Of a stretch of 64,000 bases of DNA, positions 54,511 to 61,851 are shown in pieces. Below the pieces are notes generated by a model. The model was given only the letters and a program-made list of their open reading frames with translations. It was not told where the DNA came from and ran no database searches. The number at the start of each line of letters is the position of its first letter. Within the stretch, counting starts at the first letter, position 1. The DNA comes from Crocinitomicaceae bacterium (GTDB lineage: Bacteria > Bacteroidota > Bacteroidia > Flavobacteriales_D > Crocinitomicaceae). Where the stretch lies: the NCBI GenBank assembly GCA_024643365.1, contig JAHENC010000004.1, positions 67,046 to 131,045 of the forward strand, read 5' to 3'. Both the position numbers and the translations under genes were made by a program.

Positions 54511-55648
54511 GAATTTCTCCCTTAACGAAAACCAAATAATGATCGCACAGATGGTGCGTGATTTTGCAGAAAAGGAAATCAAACCTTTTTACAAACAATG
54601 GGATGCCGATGAGCATTTTCCAGTTGAAACCATGAAAAAAATGGGAGAACTAGGACTCCTTGGTATTTTTATCCCAGAAGAATACGGTGGATCAGGATTT
54701 ACATATTTCGAATATGCAACCGCATTAATGGAACTTGGAAAAGTTTGTGGTGGCATTGGATTAAGTGTTGCTGCTCATAATTCCTTGTGTACTGGACATA
54801 TTTATTACCACGGAAATGAGGAGCAAAAGAAAAAATACCTTCCGAAATTAGCTTCTGGAGAATTCATTGGCGCGTGGGGGCTAACCGAGGCAAATACGGG
54901 TTCTGATGCAATGCGTATGCAAACTACTGCGGTGAAAGATGGCAACGATTGGGTTATTAATGGAGCAAAAAACTGGATAACTCACGGGTTAAGTGGTGAT
55001 ATTGCAGTTATTTTAGTGCGTACAGGTGAATTATTAGATTCAAATGGAATTACTGCGTTTATCATAGAAAAAGATATGCCTGGTTTTTCAGCTGTGAAAA
55101 TTAAAGACAAATTGGGTGTGCGCGCTAGCGAAACTGCCGAATTGATTTTCGATAATGTACGTGTGCCTCAAGAAAACGTAATTGGAAATATTGGAGACGG
55201 ATTCAAACAAGCCATGCAGATACTTGATGGTGGACGCGTTTCCATCGCATCCTTAAGTTGTGGAATTGCACGTGGTGCGTATGAATCTTCTGTGAAATAC
55301 GCAAAAGAACGCGAGCAGTTTGGACATCCAATCGCGCAATTTCAAGCAATTGCTTTCAAATTAGCCGATATGAAAACCCAAGTTGAAGCCGCAGAATTAT
55401 TGACATTTCAGGCAGCGTTCAGAAAAAATGAAAAATTACACATGACGAAAGAAGGCGCATTTGCAAAGTACTTCGCATCAGAGGTTTCAGTGAAATGTGG
55501 TAATGAAGCAGTACAAATTATGGGTGGATATGGGTATACCAAAGAGTATCCAGCAGAGAAATTCTTACGCGATGCAAAACTCATGACAATTGGTGAAGGA
55601 ACCTCAGAAATTCAAAAATTGGTAATTTCTCGAGAAATATTGAAATAA
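54509..55648 (+). CDS. Acyl-CoA dehydrogenase (short/medium-chain type)
   Basis: 379 aa with GAWGLTEANTGSDA, QFGHPIAQFQAI, a catalytic-base region YPAEKFLRDAKLMTIGEGTSEIQ and the overall ACAD layout. Confidence 0.9.
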   Translation: MNFSLNENQIMIAQMVRDFAEKEIKPFYKQWDADEHFPVETMKKMGELGLLGIFIPEEYGGSGFTYFEYATALMELGKVCGGIGLSVAAHNSLCTGHIYYHGNEEQKKKYLPKLASGEFIGAWGLTEANTGSDAMRMQTTAVKDGNDWVINGAKNWITHGLSGDIAVILVRTGELLDSNGITAFIIEKDMPGFSAVKIKDKLGVRASETAELIFDNVRVPQENVIGNIGDGFKQAMQILDGGRVSIASLSCGIARGAYESSVKYAKEREQFGHPIAQFQAIAFKLADMKTQVEAAELLTFQAAFRKNEKLHMTKEGAFAKYFASEVSVKCGNEAVQIMGGYGYTKEYPAEKFLRDAKLMTIGEGTSEIQKLVISREILK

Positions 55649-55651
55649 TTT

Positions 55652-55682
55652 TTTGTGAATTAGGATTAATGTCCTATCTTTG
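55652..55682 (+). promoter_or_regulatory. Candidate full Bacteroidota promoter (TTTG-N19-TATCTTTG) for rpsU
   Basis: A TTTG at 55652..55655 and a TATCTTTG at 55675..55682 are separated by 19 nt. The rpsU ATG lies 31 nt downstream. Confidence 0.5.
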
Positions 55683-55713
55683 CCCACCTAAGTTTAAATG
55701 TAAATTATAACAT

Positions 55714-55905
55714 ATGTTGATCATTCCAATTAAAGAAGGCGAAAACATCGAAAGAGCTTTGAAGAAGTACAAGAAAAAGTACGAGAAAACAAATATGATG
55801 AAGCAATTACGTGGACGCAAAGAGTTTATTAAACCATCTGTGTCTCGTCGTCAGGAAATCATCCGAGCTGCTTACAAACAAAGAATGCAGTCAGCTGAAC
55901 TGTAA
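55714..55905 (+). CDS. rpsU: 30S ribosomal protein S21
   Basis: 63 aa and highly basic. LKKYKKKYEKTNMMKQLRGRKEFIKPSVSRRQE is typical of bS21. Confidence 0.9.
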   Translation: MLIIPIKEGENIERALKKYKKKYEKTNMMKQLRGRKEFIKPSVSRRQEIIRAAYKQRMQSAEL

Positions 55906-55926
55906 CATTTGTTCAAAATATTCGTT

Positions 55927-55952
55927 AAAAAGGAGCGTAAGCTCCTTTTTTT
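55927..55952 (+). terminator. Rho-independent terminator (GNRA-loop hairpin plus T7)
   Basis: The sequence aaaaaGGAGC-gtaa-GCTCCttttttt has a T-run that directly abuts the ATG at 55953. Confidence 0.75.
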
Positions 55953-56834
55953 ATGCTCGAACATTTCATCCAGTACCTTTCTTTTGAAAAAAGATACTCT
56001 CCTCATACCATTGGAGCATACGAGCACGATATACAGCAATTCATCCATTTTGCCGATATATCATCAAAAAAAGACTTTCAAGAAGTAAATTCCTTTCTTA
56101 TTCGCGGTTGGATTGTCCAACTCATAGATGATGGAATAAGCAATCGAAGCGTCAATCGAAAATTAGCTTCCTTAAGAACGTATTTCAAATGGCTGCGAAA
56201 AGAAGGTGAAATCACCATCAATCCACTTGCTAAAATACAAGGACCTAAAAACGAAAAACGTTTGCCGATTTTTGTAAAAGAGTCCGAACTAGATCCAACA
56301 AAAACAAGCCAACTATTTTCAACTGATTTTAATGGAGTTCGCGATGAACTTATGTTTGAACTTTTTTATCAAACAGGAATTCGTTTGAGCGAGCTTATCG
56401 GACTTAAGGATGCAGATGTGAGCGAACAGCACATCAAAGTACTCGGAAAACGCAGCAAAGAGCGCTTAATCTCCATTTCTAACCAATTAAGTCAATCGAT
56501 TCAGTTGTTTCGAACAATGAAGTCAAAGATGAATATTGAATCATTGAAGCTTTTTACACGGGAAAATGGAAAAGACCTATATCCAACTTTGGTCTATCGG
56601 AAAATTAATGCCATACTCGGAACACTAACGACTTCGGATAAAAAAAGCCCCCATGTCCTTCGACATACATTTGCCACACATTTATTGAATCGTGGAACAG
56701 GATTAGAAACCTTGAAGGACTTGCTAGGCCATGCAAATTTATCAGCTACTCAAGTGTATACACACAACTCTTTTGCTCAACTTACAGCTGTTTACGCACA
56801 AGCACACCCACGGGGAATGCAGAAAACAAAATAG
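55953..56834 (+). CDS. Tyrosine recombinase, XerC/XerD family
   Basis: 293 aa. It has an N-terminal SAM-like core-binding domain (FLSFEKRYSPHTIGAYEHDI) and the catalytic region GIRLSELIGL...HVLRHTFATHLL...LLGHANLSATQVYTH. Confidence 0.82.
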   Translation: MLEHFIQYLSFEKRYSPHTIGAYEHDIQQFIHFADISSKKDFQEVNSFLIRGWIVQLIDDGISNRSVNRKLASLRTYFKWLRKEGEITINPLAKIQGPKNEKRLPIFVKESELDPTKTSQLFSTDFNGVRDELMFELFYQTGIRLSELIGLKDADVSEQHIKVLGKRSKERLISISNQLSQSIQLFRTMKSKMNIESLKLFTRENGKDLYPTLVYRKINAILGTLTTSDKKSPHVLRHTFATHLLNRGTGLETLKDLLGHANLSATQVYTHNSFAQLTAVYAQAHPRGMQKTK

Positions 56835-56860
56835 TTGTAGAGTCCCTATCTGAAAATCCA

Positions 56861-56868
56861 TATCTTTG
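56861..56868 (+). promoter_or_regulatory. Candidate -7 promoter box (TATCTTTG)
   Basis: Perfect TAnnTTTG match 17 nt upstream of the ATG at 56886. The GTG start used by the track (56871) lies only 2 nt after the box. Confidence 0.4.
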
Positions 56869-56885
56869 CAGTGAATTTTTTGTAT

Positions 56886-57806
56886 ATGAAGTTAGTAACT
56901 GTAGGAAGTGTAGCGTTTGATGCTATCGAAACACCGTTTGGAAAAACGGACAAAATCGTAGGAGGTGCCGGAACATTTATTTCATTGGCTTCTTCGTTTT
57001 TCGCGAAGGAACAAGGATTAATATCTGTAGTTGGAGAAGATTTTCCCAATGAAACATTGTCCTATTTGACATCTCGCGGGGTGAATATAGAAGGTGTCCA
57101 AATTAAAAAAGGAGAAAAAACATTCTTCTGGTCTGGAAAGTACCACAATGACATGAACTCTCGTGATACACTTGTTACTGAATTAAATGTACTTGGATCA
57201 TTTGATCCAATCGTCCCTGCAGTATGTCAAAACGCGGATTACCTGATGTTGGGTAATTTGAGTCCACAAGTTCAACTTTCTGTAATCAACAGAATGACGA
57301 ATCGCCCGAAGTTAATTGCAATGGACACCATGAATTTTTGGATGGACATCGCTCTAGATGACCTGAAGGAAACCATGAAACATGTAGATATTTTAATAAT
57401 CAACGATGAAGAGGCGCGTCAACTTTCGAAAGAATATTCGCTGGTACGTGCGGCTAAAGTCATTCGTGATATGGGTCCTAAAATCTTAATCATCAAGAAA
57501 GGTGAGCATGGCGCATTATTATTCCACGGAGAAAATGTTTTCTTTGCTCCAGCCTTGCCATTAGAGGAAGTTTTTGATCCAACTGGAGCGGGTGACACAT
57601 TCGCTGGTGGATTTATGGGTTACCTTGCAGCGACAAATGACGATTCATTTGAGAACATGAAGCGTGCGATTATCGCTGGATCTGCGTTGGCCTCATTTTG
57701 CGTAGAGAAGTTCGGTACACAAAGACTTACAGAAATTACAACACAAGATATTAATCATCGAATCAATCAATTCGTGGCATTGTCTCACTTTGAAATGAAC
57801 CTATAA
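56886..57806 (+). CDS. PfkB-family carbohydrate/nucleoside kinase
   Basis: 306 aa from ATG 56886 (MKLVTVGSVAFD). It has the GG dipeptide region (KIVGGAGTF) and the C-terminal DPTGAGDTFAGGF ATP/anion-hole motif. Confidence 0.8.
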   Translation: MKLVTVGSVAFDAIETPFGKTDKIVGGAGTFISLASSFFAKEQGLISVVGEDFPNETLSYLTSRGVNIEGVQIKKGEKTFFWSGKYHNDMNSRDTLVTELNVLGSFDPIVPAVCQNADYLMLGNLSPQVQLSVINRMTNRPKLIAMDTMNFWMDIALDDLKETMKHVDILIINDEEARQLSKEYSLVRAAKVIRDMGPKILIIKKGEHGALLFHGENVFFAPALPLEEVFDPTGAGDTFAGGFMGYLAATNDDSFENMKRAIIAGSALASFCVEKFGTQRLTEITTQDINHRINQFVALSHFEMNL

Positions 57807-59515
57807 TGGAACTCGTTAACTTTCAAGAAAAAATACAAGCATTAGAAGCGTCTGAGGATTTAATTGGGCTCGGAAGAGATGCTTCAGAATTACGTCAAGA
57901 ATTTGAGGATTTCATGATCGAAGCTGAACGTGTTGAACAAGTAAAACGTTTAGAAGCGGCTGATCAAGGAACGACATACGAAGAATTTGATTACGCTCCC
58001 GTAAAAGAAGCTTTCTTTGACGTTTACAAATCATTTCAAGACAAGAGAAAAAAGCAAGTCGAGTTAAAATCTGCGCTTGAAAATGAGAATTTAAAGCAAA
58101 AGAAAGCGCTCGTTGAACGCTTGAAAGATGTCATCGAAAATGAGGAGAAAATAGGAACCGCCTTCAATGCTTACAAAGAAATCCATGAAAATTGGAAGAA
58201 GGTTGGTGATATTCCTCGCGATAAACGAGAAGCTTTGCAAAAGGAATATTCTCGTTTATTAGAGATTTTCTTCTACAATATCAAAATTTACAAAGAACTG
58301 AAAGAGCATGATTACAAACGTAATCAGCAGTTGAAGGAAGCTCTTCTCTTTAAATTAAAACAATTGCGCACGGCGAATTTACCGGTACGTGAAGCAGAGG
58401 CAAGTCTTCGTTCGCTCCAAGATGAGTGGGAAGAAATTGGTCCAGTTCAGAATGAAGAATGGGAATCATTGAAGAATGCATACTGGGAAACAGTTCGTGG
58501 AGTATACGAGAAATTTAATGAACATTACGAACAACAAAGAGTCGTACTGAAAGAAAATATTGATGCGAAAAAAGCGCTAATTGAGAAATTAGTTGCTGTA
58601 AATGAAACACTTATCAATGTTTCTTCGGCTAAAGAATGGGAACAAAAAACAAAGGATGTTTTAGGTTTACAAGAAGCATGGAAGAAGATTGGATTCGGTT
58701 CTCGAAAGGAAAACGAATTGGTTTACCAAGAATTCCGTAAGCATTGCGATGTCTTTTTTCAAGCGAAAAAAGAATTCTCAAAAGACATCGAAAGTAAGTT
58801 TAAAGATGTAGCGGATAAAAAACGAAAATTAATCGAGGAAGCGAAAGCATTGAGTAACTCTCAAGAATGGAAAAGCACTTCGGAAAAATTGATCCAACTT
58901 CAAAAAAGATGGAAAGAGTCAGGCAATGCCGGACACCGCTTCGAGAATAAATTATGGTCGGAATTCCGTGGAGCTTGTAATGTGTTTTTCGAAGCAAAAG
59001 AAGCTCACTTTAAAGGTCAAGATGAGGCGAATGCATCGAATCTTACTGCAAAAAATGAGTTGATTTCAGAAGTTCAAAATTGGGAAGTCCCAAGTGATAA
59101 ACAGGCTGCAATCACGGCTTTAAGAGCGTTCCAAAACAAGTTTAATGAGCTTGGACAAGTTCCAATGAAGGATAAAAATGCTGTTTATCAAAATTTCAAG
59201 AAAGCGATTGACGAAAAATATGCTGCACTGAAATTAGAAGGACAGGAAAAGGAAAATATTCTCTTCAAAGCGAAACTAGACAATTTAGAATCAAGTCCTG
59301 ACCGCGTTAGATTATTTCAAGGAGAGAAAAATGAAATCCGTAAGCAAATCGACACGCTCAATAAAGAAATCATGTTGTTAGAAAACAACCTTGGATTCTT
59401 TGCTAAATCTAAGGGAGCAGATGCCTTGAGAGCAGATGTTGACAAAAAGGTTAAGCATGCTCAAGAACGAATCCAACAATTAAAGCAAAAACTTAAATTA
59501 ATTCCTAATGAATAG
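57806..59515 (+). CDS. DUF349 repeat protein
   Basis: 569 aa, highly helical and charged. It has at least 5 repeats of the DUF349 pattern (W..IG.....E..L...F...C..FF, for example AWKKIGFGSRKENELVYQEFRKHCDVFF). The start overlaps the pfkB stop (TAATG). Confidence 0.75.
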   Translation: MELVNFQEKIQALEASEDLIGLGRDASELRQEFEDFMIEAERVEQVKRLEAADQGTTYEEFDYAPVKEAFFDVYKSFQDKRKKQVELKSALENENLKQKKALVERLKDVIENEEKIGTAFNAYKEIHENWKKVGDIPRDKREALQKEYSRLLEIFFYNIKIYKELKEHDYKRNQQLKEALLFKLKQLRTANLPVREAEASLRSLQDEWEEIGPVQNEEWESLKNAYWETVRGVYEKFNEHYEQQRVVLKENIDAKKALIEKLVAVNETLINVSSAKEWEQKTKDVLGLQEAWKKIGFGSRKENELVYQEFRKHCDVFFQAKKEFSKDIESKFKDVADKKRKLIEEAKALSNSQEWKSTSEKLIQLQKRWKESGNAGHRFENKLWSEFRGACNVFFEAKEAHFKGQDEANASNLTAKNELISEVQNWEVPSDKQAAITALRAFQNKFNELGQVPMKDKNAVYQNFKKAIDEKYAALKLEGQEKENILFKAKLDNLESSPDRVRLFQGEKNEIRKQIDTLNKEIMLLENNLGFFAKSKGADALRADVDKKVKHAQERIQQLKQKLKLIPNE

Positions 59516-60176
59516 TTTTATCAATGTTTTATTATTGGTGGTCACATTTCCAACCATGTTATTGTCGGTTTTTGTTGGCTTCGATTTACCCATTGATTTT
59601 CTAAATACAACAGGTGCAAATTTGCTGTATCGTTTCGAGGTTTTTTTAGGTCTAGGGATGGTTTTTGCCATCATCAGCTTGCGTCGCTCTGTTCGTCGAT
59701 GGATGGGCGTTTTTATGACGGCAAAAACATCAAAATTTGCTTGGAATGGCACGATTAGCCGAGAACGAAAACAACGTGTGATTCTATATACTTCCATCGA
59801 ATCAATCGTGCTGTTTTTCCTCGCATTGTCTTATTATTACGTTACCAAGGAAGCCATTTTCATTAGTGGTGTCTTGGTATTTTTCGCACTTGAATCTATG
59901 TTGTTTTTAGCGATCAATGTGAAAAATAACTTTAGAGTCGGAGTTACCTCTAAGGCGGTACTTGTGAGTGATCGCGAGATTATCTTAATCTACCTTGCCG
60001 GACTTCGAAAAGTGAGTATTAGTCAACAAACAGTTTACTTTGATTACATTCAAGACCTTCAATTATCCTTTCCAATTGATTGCGTTGAAGAAGCTGAGCG
60101 TTCGGCATTTTTCACAAGTTTAGAAGCGCAATTGGACCCCAATCGGGTACTTTTCCAAAACACAAGCCAAAAGTAA
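59508..60176 (+). CDS. Hypothetical membrane protein (about 4 TM helices plus a cytoplasmic C-terminal domain)
   Basis: 222 aa. The start overlaps the DUF349 3' end by 8 nt. It has hydrophobic helices in the first ~140 aa and no motif I recognise. Confidence 0.45.
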   Translation: MNSFINVLLLVVTFPTMLLSVFVGFDLPIDFLNTTGANLLYRFEVFLGLGMVFAIISLRRSVRRWMGVFMTAKTSKFAWNGTISRERKQRVILYTSIESIVLFFLALSYYYVTKEAIFISGVLVFFALESMLFLAINVKNNFRVGVTSKAVLVSDREIILIYLAGLRKVSISQQTVYFDYIQDLQLSFPIDCVEEAERSAFFTSLEAQLDPNRVLFQNTSQK

Positions 60177-60214
60177 ATTTTGTACTTTCGAGGTAACATT
60201 TAATCTACGAACAC

Positions 60215-61201
60215 TTGAAAATTCTTCTTATTCGTTTCAGTTCTATCGGTGATATCGTCCTCACTTTTCCCGTAGTGAAAGCCATAAGAAAATCTTTTCC
60301 AGAAGCAAAAATACACTTTGCCAGTAAAAAAAGCTTTGAAACATTACTTCTTGGCGCAGATGGAATTGACCAATTTCATTTCCTTTCTGATTCCTTTTCT
60401 TCCTTCAAGAAAGAGGTGAAAAAAGAAAAATTCGATTACATCATTGACTTACACAATAATCTAAGGACTAGAAGATTAACCTTTGGTATTTCTGCTGAAA
60501 TTGCTCGTTTCGACAAGCTAAATATACGCAAATGGCTTTATACCAATTGGAAATTAAAGGTCATGCCTCAGGTGCACATCGTTGACCGTTATTTGGAAAC
60601 CTTGAAGGTTTTGGGTATTCATTCAATCGATCAAACTAGAAATGTTTTCACTGTTCCTTTATCGAATAGCGTCAACATCGAAGAGCGTTTCCCGAACATT
60701 AAAGGTCCATTTGTTGCTATTGCTATTGGCGCACAGTTTAAAACGAAACGAGTACCGAAGGAAAAATGGATAGAAATCCTTCAGGAGATCAATGGTAATA
60801 TCCTAGTGATAGGAGGGGAGATGGATCGAGAAATTGGCGATTGGCTGGTGGAACATTGTCCAACTAAAGTCATGGTAAATACCTGTGGAGAATTAACAAT
60901 TTTGGAGTCCGCAAGCGTGGTTTCTCAGGCGAAAAGTTTACTTACAAATGACACTGGAATGATGCATATTGCGGCTTGTTTTGATACACAAATCATTTCT
61001 ATTTGGGGAAATACAACACCGGAATTTGGAATGAGTCCTTACAGACCAGAAGGGAAAAATATGGATCAACTGTTTCAAGTAGAGGGACTTTCATGTCGTC
61101 CGTGTTCGAAAATAGGATTTCAAGAATGTCCAAAAAATCACTTTCATTGCATGACTAAGCAAGATGCAAAAGTGATTGCATCAAGTGTGATTATGGATTA
61201 A
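60215..61201 (+). CDS. Glycosyltransferase family 9 (heptosyltransferase-like)
   Basis: 328 aa. The TTG start gives MKILLIRFSSIGDIVLT, the canonical GT9 N-terminus. Later motifs are IAIGAQFKTKRVP and NDTGMMHIAA. Confidence 0.8.
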   Translation: MKILLIRFSSIGDIVLTFPVVKAIRKSFPEAKIHFASKKSFETLLLGADGIDQFHFLSDSFSSFKKEVKKEKFDYIIDLHNNLRTRRLTFGISAEIARFDKLNIRKWLYTNWKLKVMPQVHIVDRYLETLKVLGIHSIDQTRNVFTVPLSNSVNIEERFPNIKGPFVAIAIGAQFKTKRVPKEKWIEILQEINGNILVIGGEMDREIGDWLVEHCPTKVMVNTCGELTILESASVVSQAKSLLTNDTGMMHIAACFDTQIISIWGNTTPEFGMSPYRPEGKNMDQLFQVEGLSCRPCSKIGFQECPKNHFHCMTKQDAKVIASSVIMD

Positions 61202-61713
61202 TCTTCTAAGAATAATTTTCTTAATTCAGTTGCCTCTGCAGGCTTCATTTTTCCCGCCAAAATTAAACTAAGTTGTTTACGTCGAAGTGCGCCTTCAAAA
61301 CGTTCAATTTCTTCCGCTGTTTCAGGGATTAATTCAGGAACTTGAATAGGACCTCCATTTTGATCTACTGCAACAAATGTATAAATAGCTTCGTTGCATT
61401 TTTCTTTTGCTCCGGTTAGGTTGTCTTCAACAAAAACGTCGACAAATATTTCCATAGAGGAATTAAATGCCCGCGAGACTTTCGCCTCCAAGGTTACAAT
61501 CGAAGCATGATTGATCGGTTTTTGAAAGGAAACATTGTTTACGGATGCGGTTACTACCACGCGTTTACAATGTCGATGCGCGGATACACTCGCAATGACA
61601 TCCATCCAGGCCAATAATTGTCCGCCGAATAAATTACCCAAGGTATTCGTGTCATTTGGCAATACAACTTTCGTTGAAATCGATAAGGTATCGCATGCTT
61701 TTACTGCTTTCAT
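61198..61713 (-). CDS. Acyl-CoA thioesterase (hotdog fold, YciA/BFIT-like)
   Basis: 171 aa. VLPNDTNTLGNLFGGQLLAWMD and VTASVNNVSFQKPI are typical of this family. Its stop overlaps the GT9 stop (TTAA). Confidence 0.85.
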   Translation of the reverse strand: MKAVKACDTLSISTKVVLPNDTNTLGNLFGGQLLAWMDVIASVSAHRHCKRVVVTASVNNVSFQKPINHASIVTLEAKVSRAFNSSMEIFVDVFVEDNLTGAKEKCNEAIYTFVAVDQNGGPIQVPELIPETAEEIERFEGALRRKQLSLILAGKMKPAEATELRKLFLED

Positions 61714-61718
61714 AAGTA

Positions 61719-61726
61719 CAAAATTA
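61719..61726 (-). promoter_or_regulatory. Candidate -7 promoter box (TAATTTTG on minus strand) 5 nt from the thioesterase ATG
   Basis: The minus strand reads TAATTTTGtacttATG. The box lies inside the left arm of the 16-bp inverted repeat. Confidence 0.4.
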
Positions 61727-61816
61727 GTGAATTATCAAGCACCGCTAAACAAATGCCCTTTTAGATGTGTTCGTAAGTTGATTTAATTGTGAAATAATGA
61801 ATAATTCACTAATTTT
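61720..61816. repeat. 16-bp perfect inverted repeat with 65-nt spacer in a divergent intergenic region
   Basis: The left arm aaaattagtgaattat (61720..61735) is the exact reverse complement of the right arm ataattcactaatttt (61801..61816). I verified this base by base. Confidence 0.95.
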
Positions 61817-61851
61817 AACGCTTAACTATTTTGCTAGAAAACAACACACCT

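Noticed and set aside
55953-56834. The tyrosine recombinase as a possible marker of an integrated mobile element or genomic island.
   Set aside because: There are no flanking direct repeats, tRNA gene, excisionase, or phage, conjugation or transposase genes. The neighbours are housekeeping genes. To my knowledge, a Xer-type recombinase directly after rpsU is a conserved chromosomal arrangement in Bacteroidota, so it is more likely the chromosome dimer-resolution enzyme.
59498-59797. A 99-aa minus-strand ORF, very Lys/Arg-rich, overlapping the DUF349/membrane-protein junction.
   Set aside because: It is antisense to two overlapping, better-supported plus-strand genes. Its basic composition reflects the complement of the A-rich coding strand, and it has no start context.
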